Part shown: positions 15,382-23,857 of the stretch, piece by piece
How the letters are laid out: each line of letters starts with the position of its first letter
Position numbering within the stretch: the first letter of the stretch is position 1
DNA from: Minisyncoccota bacterium
Lineage (GTDB): Bacteria > Patescibacteriota > Minisyncoccia > Phycocordibacterales > UBA918
Reading direction: 5' to 3'
Assembly (NCBI GenBank): GCA_036275695.1
Contig: DASUDI010000033.1
Coordinates: forward strand, 1 to 52,628
Length of the DNA: 52,628 bases
Position numbers and translations under genes: made by a program
Notes under the pieces: generated by a model
Told to the model about the DNA's origin: nothing
Database searches by the model: none
What the model saw: the letters and a program-made list of their open reading frames with translations, nothing else

Positions 15382-16453
15382 CTAAAGACCTATCTTAGGT
15401 GGACATTGGTAACAAATGTCTGCGTCAATTATCAAATTACCATCACCTGACGCGGCACTATCCGCACCAACACCATCTTCAACAAAATCATTACATGATG
15501 TCTGATTATATGCGATATTGTTTTCAATAATTTCAAAAGCTCCACTACTATCTATGCACAAGTAACCTTTTTTTCTAAGGGTGACGTCAGTGCGTAATGG
15601 GATACATTGTCATAGCAGGCGTACACCTTATCAGACAAGTATTTTTTAGTCTCACTATCAGTACAAAAACCTTCATAACTACCGAAAATGTTACGGTCGT
15701 TATGGTTAAAATTGTAGTCGTCATAATATAGTTGTGCCTGTGCACTTACATTCTCCAATGTTGATTTTAATCGTGCGTCCTCACATTTATTTTCATCGTA
15801 TGGAATGAAAGTGACATAAATTAAAACGTACATACCTAAAACTACAACGTAGAAAATACCAACTAGTACTATCATTGAAATTAATGATACGAAATAGCGA
15901 AGTTTTTGCTTCCCAACCCCTCCGCGATAAATACTCCAAATTTGTTCTGGCGTAAAATTATCTGGAACCACTAACGTTCCAGAAAATCTATCATGCCAAC
16001 CCACAGTTGGATAATTGCCATAAAATAAAAATGATACTGATTCAAAAGGAATGTAACGCGCAAATGACCTGCGGGCCAAAGCTGAAAGGCTAGGTTTCTC
16101 TCCCCCAATACTCACAACCTTTGTACCTGTAATCATCTTACCGATAGTTTTCTGAAGAAGTGCTTCAAAAATAAAGTGGTACATAAAGAGTGCAACAAGC
16201 AGGGGGCTCACACCTACATTCAAAGTAGTATATTCAAGGAACACAAATGCCAGAGGATAACCAATGGCAAAGCGAAAATAAACTTAGCAACATTATCTAC
16301 TACATTGTGTATTAAACGTTACAATAGTGACGCGGGTAAAACAAACTGTGAGCCATGAGGACTTTGCTGCACATCAAGTACATTCCCACAACGGTGACAA
16401 AATATTGCATCCGAAATGTTCTGTGTACCACATTTTGCGCAATACCTATCCAT
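15382..16453 (-). pseudogene. disrupted gene: zinc ribbon + RDD membrane domain + pilin-head-like C-terminal domain, split over three reading frames
   Basis: Piece 1 (16453..16319): MDRYCAKCGTQNISDAIFCHRCGNVL...PASLL, then an in-frame TAA (16319-16321). The same frame continues RLIHNVVDNVAKFIF, which is the start of an RDD motif. The frame changes somewhere within 16220-16285 into track ORF 15552..16244 (RDD TM region ...WHDRFSGTLVV, TM helix, then pilin-like DARLKSTLENVSAQAQLYYDD...SYEGFC). A -1 frame change at the A7 run (15568-15574) continues for 61 more codons: GYLCIDSSGAFEII...CYQCPPKIGL, stopping at 15382. Confidence 0.65.
15567..15573 (-). other. in-frame A_AAA_AAG heptamer (dnaX-type -1 slippery sequence) at the frame break
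   Basis: The minus strand reads ...TTA GAA AAA AAG GTT ACT TGT GCA TAG in the zero frame. After a -1 slip the reading is GGT TAC TTG TGC ATA GAT AGT AGT GGA... It is not known whether the shift is functional. Confidence 0.3.
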
Positions 16454-16624
16454 TCAAATTTCTAAGAGAACATTGATATTGTAACAAAGTTTATATATCG
16501 TGTCACAATTAATACTAACCACAAACGCCACATGAATACGTACAATTCATTTGTACCAACACATTAATTTAAACTTCTACACATTTTACATATACCCGTT
16601 CGTAAATTTTTATCCATGCATAAT

Positions 16625-16650
16625 AAAACACCTCCCGAGGGAGGTGTTTT
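16625..16650 (-). terminator. Rho-independent terminator of the GGDEF gene
   Basis: Stem aaaacacctcc / ggaggtgtttt around loop cgag. The minus strand follows with TTTTATT. Confidence 0.75.
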
Positions 16651-16662
16651 GGGTTGTTTCTG

Positions 16663-17211
16663 TCACCCAAGCAGTGTGACAGCGTTACGACCACTTACTT
16701 TTGAGCGATACATTGCCCGATCTGCGTCTCTCAAAAAATCTTCAAGACACCGATGGTGCATTGCATAGCCCACCACACCCACGCTTGTCGTCACCGGAAT
16801 CTTGAAACGGGAAATGCGTTCGATTTTCCCTCGTATTCTCTCCATAAGAATACGAGCTTCTTCTGAGTTTACATCACTCATCAGCACAGCAAACTCATCT
16901 CCATGGAGACGGGCGACAACATCGGTCGAGCGGACACTTTTTTTTAACATATCCGCAAATGCCAAAATCGCCTGATCACCAGTGTCATGCCCGTGCGTGT
17001 CATTGATAATCTTAAAATGATCAATGTCAAGAAACGCCAGTGCGAAGTTCTCACCCTTGCGCTGGAAATTCGCCTTGAGCGCACGAAATCTCACGTCGAG
17101 AAATTGCTTATTTGGCAATCCCGTCAAGACATCGGTCATGAGCATTTTCTCAAGCTCATGAATTTTATGCTCCAACTCTTGACACCGTGAACACTTATTT
17201 TCTACGTTCAT
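16663..17211 (-). CDS. minimal stand-alone GGDEF-domain protein (HGDEF variant) with short N-terminal coiled coil
   Basis: LTGLPNKQFLD..., FLDIDHFKIINDTHGHDTGD, RSTD-x5-HGDEF (16891-16905), SVGV, ADRAMYRSKVSGRN. I place the start at the ATG at 17211, which has a GGAGG 8 nt upstream. The track start at 17274 adds 21 implausible residues. Confidence 0.85.
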   Translation of the reverse strand: MNVENKCSRCQELEHKIHELEKMLMTDVLTGLPNKQFLDVRFRALKANFQRKGENFALAFLDIDHFKIINDTHGHDTGDQAILAFADMLKKSVRSTDVVARLHGDEFAVLMSDVNSEEARILMERIRGKIERISRFKIPVTTSVGVVGYAMHHRCLEDFLRDADRAMYRSKVSGRNAVTLLG

Positions 17212-17352
17212 TAAAACCTCCAGAAGAAAAACAAATCTAAGGTAGATTATACCATATATTATAGTTTTTTTCAACCAAAGGGACTGGGGTGCGTCTCGGA
17301 AACGACCTCAGAGGGGACGCCATCAAAATGCTATACTTAAATATAATTTTGG

Positions 17353-18246
17353 CTACACCATTTCACGGAGGCGCTTGATGCGCTCCTGCGCGGGTGGGTG
17401 TGTCTGAAACAGACCACCTATTTTCTCACCAATACTTCTATTCCCTGCACCAAATGGATCAGCGATGAATAGGTGCGCTGTTGCGTGACTTGCGCGTTGC
17501 ATGGGTTGTCCGTAGCGTGATATTTTTTCGAGTGCGGAAGCAAGACCTTCAGGATAGCGCGTCAAAAGCGCACCCGAGGAATCAGCAAGATATTCACGCT
17601 TCCTTGAAATTGCTAACTGAATAAGTTGCGCCGCGATGGGTGCTAGAATAATGCCTATGATACCCACAATTAAAAAAATCGGATTTTTTTGCCTATCATC
17701 TCCTCCCCCAAACATAAGCGCGCGTGTAAAAAAATCTGCAATCATCGCTACAAATCCCGCGAGCACCACCGCAACAGTCATAACAAGCATATCGCGGTTT
17801 CCAATGTGAGAAAGCTCATGCGCTATAACTCCTTCAAGTTCAGAACGATCGAGCATTGCGAGGAGACCGGTCGTAGCAGCCACCACCGCATGTTCCGGAT
17901 TGCGTCCCGTAGCAAACGCGTTTGGTGCAGAGTCGTGCATTACATAAACTTTGGGCATTGGAAGACCAGCCGTAATAGAGAGATTCTCCACAATGTTCCA
18001 TAAATCGGGGTACTCACTCTTAGTAACCGCTTTGGCGCCGGTCATGCTTAGTACCATCTTATCTGAGAACCAATAACTCCCCACATTCATGAGAAGTGCG
18101 AATATAATCGCACCATACATAATTGCGGGGGAATTCATATACCAACTAATTCCATATCCGAGCGCAATCACTAACACAAGAAAAGAAATCATGAGAAACC
18201 ATGTTTTTCTAATATTTTCTCCTTGATGGGTATATAATGTCGCCAT
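17353..18246 (-). CDS. htpX: HtpX-like M48 zinc metalloprotease
   Basis: 297 aa, TM helices, the HELSHIGNRD zinc motif and the C-terminal THPPAQERIKRL typical of HtpX. Confidence 0.9.
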   Translation of the reverse strand: MATLYTHQGENIRKTWFLMISFLVLVIALGYGISWYMNSPAIMYGAIIFALLMNVGSYWFSDKMVLSMTGAKAVTKSEYPDLWNIVENLSITAGLPMPKVYVMHDSAPNAFATGRNPEHAVVAATTGLLAMLDRSELEGVIAHELSHIGNRDMLVMTVAVVLAGFVAMIADFFTRALMFGGGDDRQKNPIFLIVGIIGIILAPIAAQLIQLAISRKREYLADSSGALLTRYPEGLASALEKISRYGQPMQRASHATAHLFIADPFGAGNRSIGEKIGGLFQTHPPAQERIKRLREMV

Positions 18247-18383
18247 AATATGATGTGTATTCTCTAATAATTATTACGTTCCTAAAACAGGAAATATTTC
18301 ACATGAGAAAATAGTAAACTCCTGCCGTTCACATGCGTCTAACTCAATTGGGCACAATGAAAATGATCTTTCGTATGTTATTC

Positions 18384-18755
18384 TTAGTCATCAAGTCCTG
18401 CGCCGTGATCATGTGAACTATATTCAGTATCTGAAGACCACGAAATATATTGATGTTTCGTGTACCCGCCTTTTTCAGAAAGACTATGTGAGACAGCGCC
18501 ACTTAGCATTTCATCCGTAATACCAAATTCTTTCTTTACCGCATCGATGGTAATGACAAGATCCGCCATTTCTTTAAGAAGATTTTCTGGGTTTTTTTGA
18601 TTTGAAACCCCTGTTGCTTCTTCGAGTACCTTTCTAATTATTTCTCTCCGAAATTCAGCATCTTCCACTACTCGTATCTCGCACTCAAACCCCTTATTTC
18701 GAATTATTTCAGGTACATTGTCACGACACAATTTGTTGTAGTATATTTTTTCCAT
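18384..18755 (-). CDS. MazG-like / phosphoribosyl-ATP pyrophosphohydrolase-like NTP pyrophosphatase
   Basis: N-terminal YNKLCRDNVPEII (KLVRDxIPEII type) and an all-helical body ending EMADLVITIDAV. Confidence 0.6.
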   Translation of the reverse strand: MEKIYYNKLCRDNVPEIIRNKGFECEIRVVEDAEFRREIIRKVLEEATGVSNQKNPENLLKEMADLVITIDAVKKEFGITDEMLSGAVSHSLSEKGGYTKHQYISWSSDTEYSSHDHGAGLDD

Positions 18756-18781
18756 AAATACAGACTTGATTTAGAAAACAA

Positions 18782-19366
18782 TTAAAATCGAACTTGAACA
18801 TTTTCCCGCGCTATATCACCTTCGTTCAATTCAAAGTAAGGCTCTTCTTTAAAGCTAAACATATTTCCAATAACATTTGAAGGGAATGCTTGGAGTGCAA
18901 TTTTAAGGTCGCGCGCGTTTCCGTTATAAAAGCGGCGCGCGGCTTGGATTTTGTTTTCAGTATCTGAAAGCTCCCGTTGTAATTCGAGGAAATTTGTATT
19001 TGCTTTGAGGTCTGGATACGCTTCAGCAACTGCGAGGAGTTTACCGAGTGATGCCGTAAGTGCTTGCTCTGCTCCCGCCATAGACGCAAGGGTTTCCGCA
19101 TTTATGCCCTTGGGATCAACGTGAACCTTTGTCGCTTCTGCGCGCGCATTCGTAACAGCATCGAGCGCTTCTCGTTCGTGTGCCGCATATCCTTTTACTG
19201 TCTCAATGAGGTTAGGGATTAAATCATATCGACGTTTGAGTTGCACATCAATATCCGCCCACGCCTCTTTTGTACGCTGAATAAGTTTTACAAATTTGTT
19301 ATAGGCAAAAATCACCCATACAATAATAATTGCTAAAATAATTACAATAATAGTATTTGTTGACAT
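18782..19366 (-). CDS. lemA: LemA family membrane protein
   Basis: N-terminal TM, then YNKFVKLIQRTKEAWADIDVQLKRRYDLIPNLIETVKGYAAHERE...RFYNGNARDLN-like core. I place the start at the ATG at 19366. Confidence 0.88.
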   Translation of the reverse strand: MSTNTIIVIILAIIIVWVIFAYNKFVKLIQRTKEAWADIDVQLKRRYDLIPNLIETVKGYAAHEREALDAVTNARAEATKVHVDPKGINAETLASMAGAEQALTASLGKLLAVAEAYPDLKANTNFLELQRELSDTENKIQAARRFYNGNARDLKIALQAFPSNVIGNMFSFKEEPYFELNEGDIARENVQVRF

Positions 19367-19453
19367 ATGTATATGTACTTTAATGAAATAGTTGAACACA
19401 TATATTATAGCACCTGCGACAGTCATGTGAAATAGTCTACATACCGCATATAG

Positions 19454-19488
19454 AAAAACCCAGAGACGCTTCGCGTCTCTGGGTTTTT
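19454..19488 (-). terminator. Rho-independent terminator of groES-groEL
   Basis: Stem aaaaacccagagacgc / gcgtctctgggttttt. Confidence 0.8.
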
Positions 19489-19511
19489 CAACGTTAGATT
19501 AACTTTCTTCG

Positions 19512-21149
19512 TTAGTACATACCGCCCATACCACCCATATCAGGTGCCTGTGGTTTTTCTGGTTCTGGAATATCTGCAATCGCGACTTCCGAAGTGAGTA
19601 ATATTGCAACCGCGGAAACGGCATGTTGCACACCCGCACGCTCCACCTTCACAGGATCAATAATTCCCGCTTTTATCATATCATCTACCATTTCAGCTTT
19701 AATGCCATCATACCCCGCACTACCGCCCTTATCCTTCACCTTTTGCACGATAACCGCTCCATCATGCACACCCACGTTATGCGCAAGTTGTTTAAGTGGC
19801 TCTTCAAGTGCCTTTAAAACAATTTTATATCCAATGAGTTCATCTCGACCCATAGTGGTATCCATACGTGACTCTACTACACCCGCTGCGCGCGCAAGCG
19901 ACGTCCCTCCACCCGCAACAATTCCCTCTTCTATTGCCGCACGAGTCGCATTTACCGCATCCTCAATCTTGAGTTTGAGATATTTCATTTCAGTCTCTGT
20001 CGCTGCGCCAACCTTAAGGACTGCCACACCACCAGAAAGTTTTGCAATACGCTCCTCAATCTTTTCTTTATCAAACTTTGAATCAGTCTGTGCGAGTTGC
20101 GCGCGAAGTGTATCAACACGTGTTTGAATCGCCTCCTTACTTCCCGCACCTCCCACGATTACGGTTTTCTCTTTTGTTGCTACGACACGATTTGCTTTTC
20201 CAAGTTGATTGAGTTCAGTCTTTTCAAGCGTAAGTCCCAATTCTTCGGTAATTACCTCACCTCCGGTCATTACGGCGATGTCATTAAGAATTTCTTTCTT
20301 TCGATCTCCATAACCCGGCGCCTTCACCGCAAGCACTGAAAATCCTCCACGAAGTTTATTAACCACAAACGTAGCGAGTGCCTCTCCATCGACATCATCT
20401 GCAATGATAACCAACTCTTTTTTTCCCGTCTGAGCCACCTTTTCAAGAAGCGGAAGAATCTGCTGCGCAGAACTTATCTTTTTATCGGTAATGAGCATAG
20501 ATGCATTTTTATATTCTGCCTCCATGCGCTCAGGATTAGTAACCATGTATGGTGAAACATATCCGCGATCAAACTCCATTCCTTCGGTAAACTCGGAGTC
20601 AATACCAAATGACTGTGACTCCTCAACCGTTACCACACCATCCTTACCTACCTTTTCAATAGTTTCAGCAATTTTTGCACCTATTTCTGCACTCTCTGCC
20701 GAAATAGTCGCAACCTGCTTCACTTCCTCTGAGGTTGATATTTGCACCGCCATATCGTGAAGTGCCTTTACTACGTCAGTACACGCGCGCTCCATACCCA
20801 CACGCACCGCCATCGCATTCACGCCCATTGTCGTATGTTTCAATCCCTCAGCAAAGAGTGCTTGGGTGATGATTGTTGCCGTAGTCGTACCATCTCCCGC
20901 GAGATCATTCGTCTTATTTGCAACTTCCTTAATAATCTCAGCACCCATATTCTCAAATTTATCCTTAAGAACAATCTCTTTTGCGATAGAGACTCCGTCA
21001 TTGGTGATGGTGGGCCCTCCATACCCTTTGTCAATCATGACGTTACGTCCGCGTGGACCGAGAGTCACTTTTACGGCGTTTGCGACCGTATCGATACCCT
21101 TCTTCACACGCTTCTTTACATCTTCACCATAAATTACTTCTTTTGCCAT
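19512..21149 (-). CDS. groL: chaperonin GroEL
   Basis: 545 aa: AKEVIYGEDVKK...VTLGPRGRNV...AGDGTTTAT..., with the C-terminal GGMGGMY tail. Confidence 0.98.
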   Translation of the reverse strand: MAKEVIYGEDVKKRVKKGIDTVANAVKVTLGPRGRNVMIDKGYGGPTITNDGVSIAKEIVLKDKFENMGAEIIKEVANKTNDLAGDGTTTATIITQALFAEGLKHTTMGVNAMAVRVGMERACTDVVKALHDMAVQISTSEEVKQVATISAESAEIGAKIAETIEKVGKDGVVTVEESQSFGIDSEFTEGMEFDRGYVSPYMVTNPERMEAEYKNASMLITDKKISSAQQILPLLEKVAQTGKKELVIIADDVDGEALATFVVNKLRGGFSVLAVKAPGYGDRKKEILNDIAVMTGGEVITEELGLTLEKTELNQLGKANRVVATKEKTVIVGGAGSKEAIQTRVDTLRAQLAQTDSKFDKEKIEERIAKLSGGVAVLKVGAATETEMKYLKLKIEDAVNATRAAIEEGIVAGGGTSLARAAGVVESRMDTTMGRDELIGYKIVLKALEEPLKQLAHNVGVHDGAVIVQKVKDKGGSAGYDGIKAEMVDDMIKAGIIDPVKVERAGVQHAVSAVAILLTSEVAIADIPEPEKPQAPDMGGMGGMY

Positions 21150-21185
21150 AGTTATGTGATTTTGTGAATTTTAATGAGTAATTAT

Positions 21186-21512
21186 TTATGAAATTATGCC
21201 GAGAATACTTGACGCGGACACGATGTAGAGTTCTTCGCCTCCAATCTTAACCTCATCATATCCATATTTTGAGAATACAATACGATCTCCCTCCTTCACG
21301 TCCATGGGAATACGCTTTTCTCCATCTTCATCCCACTTTCCGGCTCCTACCGCAACAACAATACCTTGCTCTGGTTTTTCCTTACTTACGGTATCGGGAA
21401 TAATAATTCCCGACGCTGACTTTGTACCCATCTCCTCTTCCGTGAGACGACGCACTACCACACGATCAAGAAGTGGCGTTATATGGGTACCTTGTTTTGC
21501 TTCTGAACTCAT
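21186..21512 (-). CDS. groS: co-chaperonin GroES
   Basis: 108 aa: [12 protein letters not shown]...GIIIPDT...GIVVAVG...[10 protein letters not shown]... Confidence 0.95.
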   Translation of the reverse strand: MSSEAKQGTHITPLLDRVVVRRLTEEEMGTKSASGIIIPDTVSKEKPEQGIVVAVGAGKWDEDGEKRIPMDVKEGDRIVFSKYGYDEVKIGGEELYIVSASSILGIIS

Positions 21513-21706
21513 ATATAAACTATTATTATCCTTACATACCTATTAATGTGCTCGATATTATAATCGTTGTATATATTATGTCCAGGAATTCATCTTTATA
21601 GATTTTACGAAACGTAATATTAGGAAATTTATCATACTTGACGCATACACAGGTGCCAGTACACACACTTCACATTTTGAGTAGACTATGATAGTATCTC
21701 CGTGAC

Positions 21707-21937
21707 ATGGAGACCGTCCGTATTATACTTCCATACGTGCAAATCATACTATCCGTTTTGCTTGTATCCGCAATTCTCCTGCAACAGCGTGGATCAAGTA
21801 TTGGTGGAGCACTTGGTGGAGACAATTTCAGCGCGACATATCACAAGCGTCGAGGAGCGGAACTCTTTTTGTTTCGTATTTCAGTTGTACTTGCCATGCT
21901 TTTTGTGGCATCAACTCTCATAAGTCTTATTATTTAG
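21707..21937 (+). CDS. secG: preprotein translocase subunit SecG
   Basis: 76 aa with two TM helices. LLVSAILLQQRGSSIGGALGG is typical of SecG. Confidence 0.8.
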   Translation: METVRIILPYVQIILSVLLVSAILLQQRGSSIGGALGGDNFSATYHKRRGAELFLFRISVVLAMLFVASTLISLII

Positions 21938-22075
21938 ATTATCTAGACGAAAAGAAATACATCCGTACACCTTGGGGTCTACATTCTTTTTGTGGTGTTT
22001 TATGGACAGAAAAAATATCATATCTAGATTATTATTAACTTATCGCATCTCTATTGAATTGCATTCAACATATAC

Positions 22076-23812
22076 ATGTTTGGCGACACACGTAAAAAAG
22101 AGAGAAAATCTTTTGTCCACCGATACTTTGCGCACCTTCACTCACTCAGAGCAAGTGACGCACTCGTTCTCAAAATAGCATTACTTGCCAGTGGTATTTT
22201 CCTCATGCTCTTTTTAATTGATGTAAGTAAGGAATACAGCGTGAGCGTGGCGACTTCTGGTGGTTCATATACGGAAGGTATTGTAGGAACACCACGCTTC
22301 ATAAATCCAGTACTTGCAGTTACACGCGCGGACAAAGATGTGACTGCCCTTGTATATGATGGCCTAATGAAAATTGATCCACAGGGCAATCTTGTACCAA
22401 ACATTGCGGAATCAGTAACGGTATCAGAGGATGGACTCACCTACAACATTATCCTCAAACAGGGTGTTCAGTTCCACGATGGAGTGGCACTTACCGCACG
22501 AGATATCCTCTTCACCATAAGTCGCATACAAGACCCCGTACTCGCAAGCCCACTTCGTGCAAACTTTGATGGCATTGTGGTTGAAGTACTGGGTGACTAT
22601 GAACTCAATTTTGTGCTTCCAAGCCCATACGCACCCTTTATAGAAAACCTTACATTTGGCATTCTCCCTGAACACATTTGGAAAGATGCGGGTACAGAGG
22701 AGTTTCCATTCAGTCAGCACAATAGTGAACCAATCGGCACAGGACCGTACGTTGTACAACAAATCGTACGCAATTCATCAAGCATCCCCGAGGAGTACGT
22801 CCTAAGCGCATTTGAACATTATCATAAGGGAAGACCGAAAATTGACACCATTGTATTGCGATTCTATGCCACGGAAGAAAAATTACTCAATGCGTTCACC
22901 GAAGGATTAATTGATGGCGTTGCGGGTGTGCACCCAAATAACACAGTATCGTTTGGGTCACCTGAAAAAACACATCACCTTGAACGCATTCCGCTTCCCC
23001 GCGTCATTACACTTTTCCTTAATCAAAACAAAAATCCAGCACTTCGTGACTTATCCGCCAGAACAGCGCTCGACGCCGTTATTGATAGAGATGAACTCAT
23101 TCGTCAAACATTACGGGGATATGGAAATACCACAAGCACCCCTATACCAAAGGGATTTGGTATTGAAACTCAACCAACAGCCCCACCCATCACTACTGAT
23201 GATGCTCGTGCTATACTACGAGACGGTGGGTGGGAATTCTCTTCAGATGAACAAGTTTGGAAAAAAGATATTGATGGTGTAAGTACACCACTTACCGTCA
23301 CCATCTCAACGGTAAATACTCAAGATTTTGAGTCGACCGGAGAATTTCTTAGAACAATATGGGGTGAGCTCGGTGTACCCGTAACAGTGAAGCAATTCGA
23401 ACAGACCGACCTCACACAGGCAATTATACGACCACGAGATTTTGAGACACTTCTCTTTGGTACACAGCTCGGACGTTCACTTGATTACTACGCATTTTGG
23501 CACTCATCACGAAAGAATGACCCGGGCCTTAATGTCGCGCAGTATGCGAATATCACCACCGATGCCCTTCTTGTCGATTTAAGAAAAGAACAAGATACCG
23601 AAAAAAGACGGTCCGCCATACAGGCATTCGTAGAAGAGTTAAAAAAGGAAGTGCCGGCCATTTTCTTATACACCCCAGAGTTACTCTATGTATTCCCTAA
23701 CAAGATACATAACGCGTATTTTACTGGCATATCTGAGCCTCACGAACGATTTATGAATATCTCAGATTGGTACATAGAGACTGATTCAATATGGAAGCAA
23801 TTTGCATCATAG
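22076..23812 (+). CDS. family-5 (peptide/nickel type) ABC substrate-binding protein, N-terminally membrane anchored, orphan
   Basis: 578 aa. One TM, then GTPRFINPVLA...ALVYDGLMK.D.QGNLVPNIAES...DGLTYNIILKQGVQFHDG is a typical SBP_bac_5 start. No permease or ATPase gene is adjacent. Confidence 0.8.
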   Translation: MFGDTRKKERKSFVHRYFAHLHSLRASDALVLKIALLASGIFLMLFLIDVSKEYSVSVATSGGSYTEGIVGTPRFINPVLAVTRADKDVTALVYDGLMKIDPQGNLVPNIAESVTVSEDGLTYNIILKQGVQFHDGVALTARDILFTISRIQDPVLASPLRANFDGIVVEVLGDYELNFVLPSPYAPFIENLTFGILPEHIWKDAGTEEFPFSQHNSEPIGTGPYVVQQIVRNSSSIPEEYVLSAFEHYHKGRPKIDTIVLRFYATEEKLLNAFTEGLIDGVAGVHPNNTVSFGSPEKTHHLERIPLPRVITLFLNQNKNPALRDLSARTALDAVIDRDELIRQTLRGYGNTTSTPIPKGFGIETQPTAPPITTDDARAILRDGGWEFSSDEQVWKKDIDGVSTPLTVTISTVNTQDFESTGEFLRTIWGELGVPVTVKQFEQTDLTQAIIRPRDFETLLFGTQLGRSLDYYAFWHSSRKNDPGLNVAQYANITTDALLVDLRKEQDTEKRRSAIQAFVEELKKEVPAIFLYTPELLYVFPNKIHNAYFTGISEPHERFMNISDWYIETDSIWKQFAS

Positions 23813-23857
23813 CGAGCATTTAAATTCAATTTAAACATAATCACAACATACATAACT

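Noticed and set aside
12429-16660. Possible genomic island downstream of tRNA-Ser (LVIVD surface protein, orphan nuclease-like gene, decaying pilin/RDD gene)
   Set aside because: The content looks accessory and AT-rich to the eye. However, I found no integrase, no direct repeat of the tRNA-Ser 3' end and no mobility gene. I cannot compute composition statistics here, so I do not claim an island.
19594-21167. Long antisense ORFs inside groEL (19594..20127, 20491..20760, 20742..21167, 20866..21132)
   Set aside because: They are antisense to a highly conserved gene, and their Ser/Thr/Ala/Pro-rich translations are typical of shadow ORFs. The same reasoning rejects 48340..48918 (antisense to the permease), 12949..13533, 28029..28400, 39106..39573, 43367..43675, 43820..44224 and similar ORFs.
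21513-21706. Search for a CIRCE (HrcA) operator TTAGCACTC-N9-GAGTGCTAA upstream of groES
   Set aside because: I found no match or near match in the groES-secG divergent intergenic region. Heat-shock control here is apparently not of the CIRCE type, or the operator is too diverged to see by eye.
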